The notes beneath the pieces were generated by a model. That model had not been told where the DNA came from and did no database searches. It saw only the letters and a program-made list of their open reading frames with translations. The position numbers and the translations under genes were made by a program. From Phyllobates terribilis (taxonomy: Eukaryota), in NCBI RefSeq assembly GCF_046119375.1, contig NW_027362762.1, positions 441,378,001 to 441,442,000 of the forward strand: 64,000 bases of DNA, given 5' to 3'. This document shows positions 23,935 through 35,068 of this stretch, piece by piece; the stretch's first letter is position 1, and each line of letters starts with the position of its first letter.

Positions 23935-24410
23935 GGCGAATACAGGTGCAGAGATAACGCGCTACAGACTGAGCAACCGGTGACTCCAACGACCTCCAGC
24001 AGCAGAGACAGCACCAGAACGAAGGGGTGGTTCTTGAGGGAACGTCTGACGTCACTAACGACCTTTCGTCCGGCGGACGTAAAATAGCGCGCATGCGTAA
24101 TAGCGGTTCGGTAACTTTCTATACTTTTGTGTTGCATAACATTAACATAACCACTACTATGTACTGAGCTCAGTATCCTAATTTGTAAAGTGGACTGTTC
24201 CAACGGTTTATAAGCCTGAGTGCAACATTGGCCTGGAGTCTGTGTCACGTGGGACAGGCTTGCCGCTGTTACTCCTCCCATAGCAACGTCGCTGGCGTCC
24301 CTAGCAACGAGAGTTTAGCCATTGCTTTGATGAGCACTGAACGATGGCAGCTGTAGTGTAGCCCGTGATCGTAAGTACTCTGCGACTTATGAGTGACCTA
24401 GCAGGTGAGC
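23930..24410. promoter_or_regulatory. CpG-rich bidirectional promoter shared by mdh2 and styxl1
   Basis: AACATGGCG (YY1-like, over the mdh2 ATG); TGACGTCA 24047-24054 (CRE); GCGCGCATGCGT 24087-24098 (NRF1-like); GTCACGTG 24244-24251 (E-box); CCATAGCAAC 24278-24287 and CCCTAGCAAC 24299-24308 (RFX half-sites). Human MDH2 and STYXL1 are also head-to-head. Confidence 0.75.
24300..24404 (+). other. styxl1: Inferred styxl1 non-coding exon 1
   Basis: Donors ATC|GTAAGT (24371) and CAG|GTGAGC (24405). The first coding exon starts at an acceptor 4 nt before the ATG, so an upstream exon is required. TSS not determinable. Confidence 0.5.
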
Positions 24411-25559
24411 AGGACATTAGTATAGTGCAGGAGAGTAACGTGCATGGCGAGATCTGTCCACTCAGTGGGGCCCACACTAGTGATTTCTGTCCCCCCAACT
24501 GTTTCCATTCTGTCAGGTGCCTATATCTTATGGACAGCGAGGATTGCACATTGTGCTGGATTAGTGACTGGGAGCCATCAGATTGTTAGAGGATCTCTGA
24601 CCATAAAGCAGACTGAGCCCTATTAGGGGCGTTTACCACTACACTTTAATCCCTTCCCATCGTGGATGATTTCTGTTCTTTTCCTCCCCTTCTTCCAAGA
24701 GTCCGTCTACATAGCCAGATGAGTGGGATGAGTTGCAGTTTTACGTTACTGTTCACTTTACCATATAATATACTGGAAAACGGGGAAATAAATTCCAAAG
24801 TTTTTGGGGTTTTGTTCTTAAGGTGTTCATTATGCAGTAAACATGGCCTGGTAACACTATTCCCCAGGACAGTATGGTTACAGCGATACCTAACTTGCAT
24901 GGTTTACTTTTTATTTTTTTTAGTGGTTAAAAAAAGGATCAGAACTTTGTAAGAATAAATGTGGTTTTGTCGACATTTTCTGATGGGATTTTTTTTTTTT
25001 CATTTTTTTGGGGAATGGGTGGCAAAAAAAAACAGCATCCATGCTGGCAGTCAAATTTTTTTCTTTTTCTTCATCATTTACTGTACATGTTAAATAAAGA
25101 TAGAATTTGATAGATCGGACTGTTGCAAATGTGATGCCAAATGCGTTTATTTGTTATTTTTATTTTAATCTCATTATATCACAGCCAGGATACTCCATAT
25201 GTAGTGCAGGCTCTGCTCCTGAGCCTGCTCCAGAAACCTGCATCTTACATGTGTCATATCTGTATGGTGGATGTCAGAAAAGGGTTAAAGGAGTTAGCCA
25301 GGATATCCTTAAAATTAGTCATCAATATCAGATCAGTGGGGGATCCAACACCTGACACCCCCAGCAGTGAACTGTTTGCAGATGCCACAGTGGTAAATTG
25401 TACACAGAGTACAGACAGGTCCGGCTCCAGGTTTTTGTGGGCCCCAGGCGAAAGAGTCTCAGTGGCCCCTTTAACGCTTACCAGATTCATGATGCACAGA
25501 TACGGCGGAGAAATATAAGTATACAACGCAGGGCCCAGCCTGCCCCCTCATCCTTCATA

Positions 25560-25870
25560 TATGTAGACGCACGTATATACAGTATGCAGACACATGCACA
25601 CACACACGGTACGCAGACGTGCACACACAGTACCCAGATATGCATACAGACACAGAGTACGCAGACATGCACAGAGAACGCAGGCATACATGTGCACACA
25701 TGCAGACATGCACACATGCAGACATGCACACATACACACACACATGCACATGGTACACAGATATGATCACGTTCAGTACGCAGACACACACATACAGACA
25801 TACATATTTGAACACAAATTCTTCAAAACACATATAAAACAGACATAAATATATATATACACAGTCATAG
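25560..25870. repeat. Degenerate CA-rich low-complexity tract
   Basis: (CACA/CATG/CAGA)n. Confidence 0.85.
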
Positions 25871-26340
25871 ACACATTAGAAATATTTTTATTATGGGGAT
25901 TGGGAAAGCTGGCAACCAGCCTCGCTCACCTGCCCCGGCCTGTGTCCCGTCCAGCTCCTCAGGCATGTGGCTGTGCAGGGCCACTGGTGTGTGTTTGATG
26001 GCCATGACTTTCACAGTCACAGACATGGCCCTGGACCATCAGGGTGGCACACCTGCCATCGGGGCCGCTCCCCAGCATCTGTGCAGGAACGCTGGCGCTG
26101 TTTGATTGCCATCACTTTACCAGACATGTGCGGCTGTGTCTGCTAGTAATGACACGGCCGGGGTGACACACAAGCAAAATTAAAGGTGCAGTGCCGACCT
26201 TGCCGTGTCATTACCAGCAGGCACAGCACACTGTGCGCGGCAATGTCTGGTAAAGTGACGGCAATCAAACAGCGCCAGCGGTCCTGCACAGATGCTGGGG
26301 GAGCCGCCTGGGCCCCTATGGCGAGTGAGCCCCCCCTAGC

Positions 26341-27855
26341 ATTTCAATATTTGCAGATGACACTAAACTCTGCAGGGTAATCAATACAGAGGAGGACAAT
26401 TTTATATTACAGGAGGATCTATGTAAACTAGAAGCTTGGGCTAATAAATGGCAAAAGAGCTTTAATGGGGATAAATGTAAGGTAATGCACTTGGGCAGAA
26501 GAAATAAAATGTATAATTATATGCTTAATTGTAAAACACTGGGCAAAACTGTCACTGAAAAGACCTGGGTGTATTGGTGGACGACAAGCTCACGTTTGGT
26601 GGCCAGTGTCAGGCAGCTGCTGCAAAGGCAAATAAAATAATGGGATGCATTAAAAGAGGCATAGATGCTCATGAGGAGAACATAATTTTACCTCTATACA
26701 AGTCACTAGTGCGACCACACTTAGAATACTGTGTACAGTTCTGGTCTCTGGTGTATAAGAAAGACATAGCTGAACTAGAGAGGGTGTAGAGAAGAGCGAC
26801 CAAGGTTATTAGAGGACTGAGGGGTCTGCAGTACCAAGACAGGTTATTACACTTGGGGTTATTTACTGTGGAAAAAAGAAGGCTTAGGGGTGATCTTATT
26901 ACTATGTACAAGTATATGAGGGGACAGTACAAAGACCTTTCTACTGATCTTTTTACTCTGAGGCCTGAGACGGGGGCAAGGGGGCATCTTCTATGTCTGG
27001 AGGAAAGGTTTAATCATAATCACAGACGTGGATTCTTTACTGTAAGAGCAGTGAGACTATGGAACTCTCTGCTGCATGATGTTGTAATGAGTGACTCACT
27101 ACTAAAATTTAAGAAGGGCATGGATGCCTTTCTTGAAAAGTATAATATTACAGGTTATATATACTAGATTCCTTGATAGGGAGTTGATCCAGGGAACTAG
27201 TCTGATTGTCGTATATGGAGTCTTTTTTGGAATTTTTTTCCCCAATGTGGAGCTTAGTGTTTGCCACATGTTTTTTTTTGCCTTCCTCTGGATCAACATG
27301 TTAGGCTATGGGTTGAACTAGATGGACTTAGTCTTCCTTCAACCTTAAAAACTATGTTACTATCTAATATATATAATTGTCTTATCCCGTCTGTCTGTCC
27401 AGGAAATCCCGCGTCGCTAATTGGTCCGGCCGTGGCCAATCAGCGACGCGGGATTTCAGAAAAAGATGGCGGCCGTTAGCGGCTCATGTGCCGCACGGAG
27501 GTCAGCGGCGATGCAGCTGGGAGATGACCGGTAGCAGAACTACCCCGACCGGCGAGTGTGATCTCCCGACGGCAAGTGTGAAGGAAGGACGGGGAGTGGC
27601 GCCGCCGTTGGGGATGCTTCTGCTGAGAGCAGCCGCTTATCTCCCGGCTGCTTGCAGCGGAAGTACCCGCACAGGCAGCGCCGCTCCCGGGCCCACACTA
27701 ATACGACGCTGATTGGTCGCGGCCACCGGTCGCGACCAATCAGCGATATTGGCGCCAAATTTAAACACCGCTCTGCTGATTGCACCCGGTCTACCGCATA
27801 CATAATCTAGAATACCCGATGCGTTTGAATCAGGCCACCATCTAGTGTTACTATG
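26341..27855 (+). mobile_element. 5'-truncated CR1 LINE whose (GTTACTAT)n tail is interrupted by a Helitron
   Basis: Begins near FADDTKL; degenerate RT C-terminus ([21 protein letters not shown]); tail AACTATGTTACTA|...|TGTTACTATG. Confidence 0.9.
27363..27845 (+). mobile_element. Non-autonomous Helitron (483 bp)
   Basis: A|TC 5' end; 3' hairpin CCCGAT-gcgtttga-ATCAGG then CCACCATCTAG|T; inserted between A and T with no TSD. Confidence 0.85.
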
Positions 27856-28139
27856 ATGGTCCAGGGCCCTGGTACTTACCGAGTTGCTGACGTCGGCCCT
27901 GAGTACAGAGCTGGAGCATCACAATAAAGTACTCTGTGTATTGGCCATTTCCGGGCTGCAGCTCAGCTCCAATTAAGGTGAATGGAGTCCCGACTCTATG
28001 CTATTTATTTCTAGTCATTGTGAGACCCGCAACTAGCTGATTTTTGAGGGTGGCGTGTGTTAGACCCCCCCTGGTCTGATACTGATGACCTACCCTAAGG
28101 GTAGATCATCAATATATAAGTCTTCGATAACCCTTTTAA

Positions 28140-28555
28140 AGTGACTCTGTCAGAAGGTTTTGGCTATGGAATCTGAGAGGTGCATGATGTAGGAGCAGAG
28201 ACCCTGATTCCAGCCATGCACCAGTTATTGGACTGCTTGGTGCAGTTTTGAGTTTTGATAGAATCCATGTTTTCTCTGCTGGAGATGTAGCGGAGCTGAC
28301 TGGCAGCTTCCTGTGTACACTGTACATTGTCATCAAGCTGCCAATCAGGGGTGGGGCCAGGGTTATACAGATTAGCAGGTCTGCTTTGCACACGACACCT
28401 GGTTCAGAATCAATAATCTCCTGCTAATAAAACACTGATTTAATTGAAACTATAGCAAGCTGCTGAGCAAGTGGCACTTTCCTGGAATCGGGGTCTCTAC
28501 TCCTACACCATGCTACTCTCAGATTACATAGCAAAATCATGCTGACAGATTCCCT
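28140..28555. mobile_element. Kolobok/T2-type MITE, family C
   Basis: AGTGACTCTGTCAG ... CTGACAGATTCCCT|TTAA. Confidence 0.75.
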
Positions 28556-29026
28556 TTAACCTCTTCTGTGATTGCGTTGTATGGAACACTGATTGCCAGG
28601 AGGAAGCGTTGTAATCTGCTTATTGTCAAGAACCATACTAACAAGTAGGGATTGTCCATAGCATACAGCCTCTTTACCATCAGAAAGAACTGAAATTGGT
28701 TCAGGTCTTTTGTACAATTTTGGAAGTAATAAGTTTTGTATGTTGCATCGTAGTGTTCATATGTTGTAAAAGAAGACGCATATGCAGCAATGCTCGCAAA
28801 ATGGTTGTCACATCTCATCCAGTGATGGGACCCGTATCTATTTGGAGAGAGGACAATGCCTTTATGTAGTGTTTGCAATGATTAAAGCAAGAAAAGGACG
28901 TATTTGGCTGCAATACATTTGCCATAATAACCAGCATCTTGATGAGAGGAAAAATATCAAAGCAATGGTTGGATTGGAGGCAAAGTGACACATGTGGGCA
29001 GCTTATCCTTTTACCACTGCAGCCAG

Positions 29027-29110
29027 CTTTGTCCTTACAACTGGACAACCCCATTACTTTGTCATTACTACTGGGCAACTCAATTACTTTGTCCTTACTA
29101 CTGGACAACC
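29027..29110. repeat. 30-bp minisatellite, left arm (about 3 diverged units)
   Basis: Unit ACTACTGGACAACCCCATTACTTTGTCCTT. Confidence 0.9.
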
Positions 29111-29806
29111 TGTCACGGGTGTGTCAGAAGTGACAGACAGTCGCCCTGCAGTTGGTTGCAGGAGATCTCTACGTTTGGCATTGCACACATCTTCTTAGAG
29201 GCTGTCTCTAGGACCCAGCGGCTACCTTCCTCTGGCTAATTAACACCCTGGCCTGGGTGTATAAATACCTGCTGTGTATCAGAGGGAGGTGCCGGCGATA
29301 TTCATTACCACCTTTGAAAGCTTTAGCAAGAGCAGTACGTCTTTCTCTCTGGTGCTGAAGACATGTGCACATTTGTCTGGAGTTGTCTAAAGCTTAAGCA
29401 ATTTTCCCCTGTTTGTCCTCCCTTGTTGTCCTTGGTGTCCTTGGTGTTCATTGGGGATCGACTAGTGCTCAACTCCTCCCTTCCCTAGCCTTAGCCATAC
29501 GCCAGGGAAAGACAGGGCGAGGAACGCGTGCGGCGATTGGTGAAGAACCAATACAGGGACGTTAGGGGAGACAGGGTGATGCTAGATCAACCTAGGAGGT
29601 CTCCACACACCCCCTTTCCCTAGAGTCTGGGCTCCCTTTCCCTCTTCCCTTTGTGTTGCACTAAGTCTTTCCCACACCTTGCGTGACATTATCGCCAGCC
29701 GAGCACATTTTGAAAAGGGGAAAAAAAAAAAAAAAGACTGAGATTTTGTTGTTTTTTTTCTCTGTGTGATTTTGGGCATGGACCTTTTTTTACTTTCTCC
29801 CTTGGT

Positions 29807-30976
29807 ATGGGTTCAATTGCAGAGCGGCTGCACAGGCTGTCTCTGGAGGTGAATGACCTCTGCGGTGAGGTTCAGCAGCAGCATCAGTGGCTACAGGTCG
29901 CCAATGTGGGGGTCTCGACAGTTAGGCCTGTCCAGCCTGAACCCAATGTTGTCCTCCTGGACAGGTTTTCAGGAGATAGGGACAAGTTTTTTGTTTTCAA
30001 GGAGGCCTCTAAACTGTATTTTAAACTTCGTCCTTACTCCTCCAGAAATGAGGTGCAACGGGTGGGAATTGTGATCTCTCTACTGCAGGGAGATTCTCCG
30101 TTGTGGGCGTTTCCTTTACCGCAGGACTCGATTTGTCTCCAGTCTGTGAAGGGGTTTTTCAGAGCTCTGGCCCTCTTCTATGATGACCCTGACCAAGTCT
30201 CCTTGCCTGAGTCTAGGCTACGTCGCCTTCAGCAGGGGAATCGGTCAGTGGAAACGTACAGTTCGGAATTCCGTAGATGGGCAACAGATTCCAAATGGAA
30301 TGACTCAGCCCTTAGAAGTCAATTTTGTGAGGGGCTTACTGAAAGGTTTAAAAATGCCTTGGCACTATATGAAACCCCTCAGTCCTTGGAGGCTGCCATG
30401 TCGTTGGCCATACGTCTTGATAGACGCCTACGGGATAGATGGGTGAGACCACCTTCTCCCTGGCCTTCTTGCTGGGGTTATGTACCTCTGCCGGGGGAGC
30501 AGTCTGGAGGTTAACCAGTACTGGGGGAGGTGGAGTAACCCATGCAGTCAGGAGGTATCTCTACATCATTCATCTCCCCGGAGATTCGCAAGAAAAAAGG
30601 CGTATGTTTTTTTTGTGGGAAAAAGGGACATTTTGTTGGGACCTGTCGTTTAATTCCTAAACAAAAGGAGACTCTATTAACTCTTGGTAGTCTGGAGTTG
30701 GATAAACACGAGGTGCATTTATTGCCAACCTGCAGTTCCCGCTTTGTCCTGATGGCAGAGGTGGTGCAAGAGAGCAAAACCGAGAAAATGTCTGTGTTTG
30801 TTGACAGTGGAGCCGGAGTCAACATGGTTGATACTGAGTTTGTGAAAACTCATCATGGTCTTGCTTGCTGTACTTTAGATAAACCTATTTACATCTTCGC
30901 CATCGACTCGGCGCCACTTGCACAGAAAGCATTTACTCATATTGTAAATAATGTAGGTCAGTTCATTGTGAAATAA
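29807..30976 (+). pseudogene. gag (PEG10/RTL-like capsid region, CCHC) and protease, frameshifted
   Basis: FSGDRDKF...WNDSALRSQFCEGL; CFFCGKKGHFVGTC; VFVDSGAGVNMVD. Confidence 0.88.
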
Positions 30977-31147
30977 TCCCTTGCTATGTCCTGGACAATC
31001 TTTCCACACCGATTGTTTTAGGTATTCCTTGGCTTGTTAAACATAATCCTTTGGTGGATTGGCAAACCGGGGAGATTATTGAATGGGGAGATTACTGCCA
31101 TGAGAACTGTTTAGATATTTCCCCTCGCTACTGTCTCTACAGAAATA

Positions 31148-34050
31148 TTGCCTGCATTTGTGTCTGGTTTAGAGGACGTATTTTCTGAGAGGGGGTGTCA
31201 GGATTTTCCTCCTCATCATGCTTATGACTGTGCTATTAACCTGACCCCCGGAGCTAAACTACTGAAGTCCAGACTGTATAATCTTTCTGGCCCTGAGAGA
31301 CAAGCCATGAAGGATTTCATTGCGGAAAGTCTGGAGAAGGGACATATCAGACCCTCATCTTCGCCCGTGGCGGCAGGCTTCTACTTTGTGAAGAAAAAAG
31401 ATGGCGGTCTACATCCCTATTTAGATTTCCCGGAATTAAATCAAATTACCATCCGTGATCCATACCCTCTTCCTCTGATTCCTGATTTGTTCAGCCAGGT
31501 TGTAGGAGCTAATGTATTCTCCGAGTTGGATTTAAGGGGAGCCTACAATCTGGTTAGAATCAGAGAAGGGGACGAATGGAAAAAAGCGTTCAATATCCCG
31601 GAAGGACATTTCGAGAGTCTGGTTATGCCTTTTGGTTTGACCAATGCACCTGCGGTATTCCAGCATTTCAGAAATGATATTTTCCATCATTTGGTGGGGA
31701 GGTTTGTGGTGATTTATCTGGATGATATTTTCGTTTACTCACCTGATTTTGAGACACATCAGGGGCGCGTTAAGCAAGTTCTCCAGATATTAAGAGATAA
31801 CAAACTTTATGCCAAACTGGAAAAATGTGTTTTCACTGTTCAGGGGGTGCAGTTTTTGGGGTACTTCTTGTCATCTTCGGGTTTTTGGATGGATCCGAAG
31901 AAGGTCCGTGCAGTCCTTGATTGGGAACTTCCTGAGAACCTGATGGCTCTACAACGCTTTCTGGGCTTTGCTAATTTTTACCGGAAATTCATCCAAAATT
32001 ACTCTGTAATTATGAGACCCCTTACTGACATGACTAAGAAGGGGTCTGATTTTTCCAAATTCGTCAGATGTATCCCTCCAGACTTTTTCTTCCTTAAAGA
32101 ATCATTTTGGCACTGCACCTATACTTAGTCAACCCGATGTTTCCCAACCCTTTATTGTGGAGGTTGATTCGTCAGATGTCGGGGTTGGGCCTATGTTGTC
32201 TCAGGGTCCCACCCCTGGTAAATGGCGTCCATGCGCCTTCTTTTCTAAAAAAAATTGTCTTCGGCTGAGACAAATTATGACGTGGGTAATAGGTAACTTT
32301 TGGCGATCAAATTGGCGTTTGAAGAATGGCGACATTGGTTTGAGGGGGCTGTCCATCGTATTACTGTTATTACTGACCATAAGAACCTTTCATATCTCCA
32401 GTCAGCTAAACGTCTCAACTCTAGGCAAGCTAGATGGTCCTTGTTTTTTACTAGGTTCAATTTTGTTGTCACTTTTCATCCAGGGATCAAAAATGTCAAG
32501 GCTGATGCTTTGTCCCGGAGCTTCTCTGGGGGTGGTAACCATGAGAACCCTGCTCCGATATTACAGAAAGGGGTAGTCATTTCGGCACTGTATCCTGGAC
32601 TGGAGGGTGAGGTGTTGGAGGCTCAGGGGGACGCCCCTGCCTCCTGACCTTCAGGAAAGTTATTTGTACCATCTGGTCTGTGTTGCAAAGTAATTAAGGA
32701 CCATCATAACTCTGTGCTTGCTGGGAATCCAGATGGTAAGGCACCCGTGGACCTCCTCTCTTGTCATTTTTGGTGGCCGGGGTTGCATCGGGATGTGATT
32801 GAACACATACTGATTGTAGTATGTGCGCGCGTTCTAAGGTTTCGCATACCCGTCCGACTGGTACTCTTCTTCCGCTACCTATGCCTAGTAGGCCATGGAC
32901 ACACGTGTCCATGGATTTTATTACTGACCTACCGGTTTCTGCAGGCAAAATGGTGATTTTGGTGGTAGTAGATAGGTTCAGTAAAATGGTTCATTTCGTT
33001 GCATTGCCTGCACCTCTAAATGCCAAGACACTTGCTCAGGTGTTTATTGAGATCGTGAAGCTTCACAGGGTTCCCTCCTATGTGGTGTCAGATCAGGGGA
33101 CCCAGTTTGTTTCCAAGTTCTGGAAGGCATTCTGTTTCCGACTGGGGGTGCAGCTGTCCTTTTCCTCTGCCTTCCACCCTCAGTCGAATGGACAGACCGA
33201 GTGTGTCAGTCAGAATTTGGAGACCTTCATCAGGTGTTTCGTCTCAGAAAATCAGGAGGAGTGGGCATTCTACTTACTTCTAGCAGAATTTGCCATTAAT
33301 AATCGTCGTCAAGAATCCACTGGCAGGTCACCGTTCTTCGGTGCATACAGTTATCACCCACAGTTTGCTACCTTTAGTGGGGGAGGATCTTCAGGAGTTC
33401 CTGAGGAGGAACGGTTTGGTTTGTCGCTCTCCTCGGTATGGCAAGGTATTCTGAGTAATTTAAAGATCATGGGAGACAGGTATAAATGTATGGCTGACAG
33501 AAAACGCTTGCCAGGTCCGGACCTAAATGTGAATGACTTTGTGTGGTTGTCTACCAGGAATATAAGATTGAAAGTTCCTTCTTTAAAGCTGGGACCTTGG
33601 TTTATTGGTCCTTATAAAATAACCGCCGTCATTAACCCAGCAGCGTTTCATCTTGAACTTCCTCAGGCCATTAAGGTCCACAACGTGTTCCATAGGTCCT
33701 TACTCAAGAAGTATGTGGAACCTCTTGAGCTCTCACCTCTACCACCACCCCCAGTAATGGTTGATGGTAATATGGAGTTCCAGATTTCGAGGATTGTAGA
33801 TTCTTTTCTCCAACATTGTTCTCTACAATACTTGGTGCACTGGAAAAGCTATGGTCCAGAGGAGAGGATGTGGGTCTCAGCATCAGAGGTGAACGCTCCC
33901 AGGTTGGATCGTTCATTCCACACCTCTTATCCTGAGAAACTCGGTCCTGAGTGTCCGGAGGCCACTCGTAGAGGAGGGGGTACTGTCACTGGTCGCCCTG
34001 CAGTTGGTTGCAGGAGATCTCTACGTTTGGCATTGCCGACATCTTCTTAG
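31148..34050 (+). pseudogene. pol (RT-RNaseH-integrase-chromodomain) with several frameshifts
   Basis: [49 protein letters not shown], chromodomain; the last ORF reads through the PPT into the 3' LTR. Confidence 0.92.
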
Positions 34051-34527
34051 AGGCTGTCTCTAGGACCCAGCGGCTACCTTCCTCTGGCTAATTAAACACC
34101 CTGGCCTGGGTGTATAAATACCTGCTGTGTATCAGAGGGAGGTGCCGGCAATATTCATTTCTCCCTGTGAAGGCTTTAGCAAGAGCAGTACATCTTTCTC
34201 TTTGGTGTTGAGGACATGTGCGCATTTGTCTGGAGTCATCTAAAGCTAAGCAATTTTCCCGTTTGTCCTCCCTTGTTGTCCTTAGTGTTCAGTGGGGATC
34301 GACTAGTGCTCATCTCCTCCCTTCCTTAGCCTTAACCAAACGCCAGGGAAAGACAGGGCAATGAACATGTGCGGCGATCGGTGAAGAGCCAATATAGGGA
34401 CGATAGAATATCACCCTGTCTCCCCTATCAGCCAGGAGGTCTCCACTCCCCACTTTCCCTAGAGTCTTGGCTTCATTTCCCTCTTCCCTTTGTGTTGCAC
34501 TAAGTCTTTCCCACACCTTGCGTGACA

Positions 34528-35068
34528 CAACCCCATTACTTTGTCCTTACTACTGGACAACCCCATTACCTTGTCCTTACTACTGGACAACCCCATTACC
34601 TTGTCCTTACTACTGGACAACCCCATTACCTTGTCCTTACCACTGGACAACCCCATTACCTTGTCCTTACTACTGGACAACCCCATTACCTTGTCCTTAC
34701 TACTGGACAACCCCATTACCTTGTCCTTACCACTGGACAACCCCATTACTTTGTCCTAACTCCTGGACAACCCCATTACTTTGTCCTAACTCCTGGACAA
34801 CCCCATTACTTTGTCCTTATCACTGGACAACCCCATTACTTTGTCCTTATCACTGGACAACCCCATTACTTTGTCCTTATCACTGGACAACCCCATTACT
34901 TTGTCCTTATCACTGGACAACCCCATTACTTTGTCCTTACTACTGGACAACCCCATTACTTTGTCCTTACTACTGGACAACCCCTTACTTTGTCCTTACT
35001 ACTGGACAACCTCTTACTTTGTGCTTACTAGTGGACAACCCCTTACTTTGTGCTTACTACTGGACAAC
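34528..35068. repeat. 30-bp minisatellite, right arm (about 18 units)
   Basis: Same unit as 29027-29110, resuming at the TSD CAACC. Confidence 0.97.

Larger units (their letters stand above)
29111..34527 (+). mobile_element. Ty3/Gypsy chromovirus (Tf1/sushi group), full length, degenerate
   Basis: LTRs 29111-29688 and 33984-34527 (TG...CA); TSD CAACC on both sides; PPT AGAGGAGGGGG at 33970. Gag, CCHC knuckle, protease DSGA, RT YLDD, RNase H, integrase and C-terminal chromodomain (YLVHWKSYGPEERMW). Confidence 0.96.

Noticed and set aside
25398-25848. His/Thr- and Cys/Val-rich ORFs
   Set aside because: CA-rich low-complexity DNA.
30640-30700. gag-pol -1 frameshift signal, or a natively fused gag-pol
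   Set aside because: The CCHC knuckle and protease are in one frame here, but the copy has many indels and I cannot identify a slippery heptamer. The ancestral state needs a family consensus.
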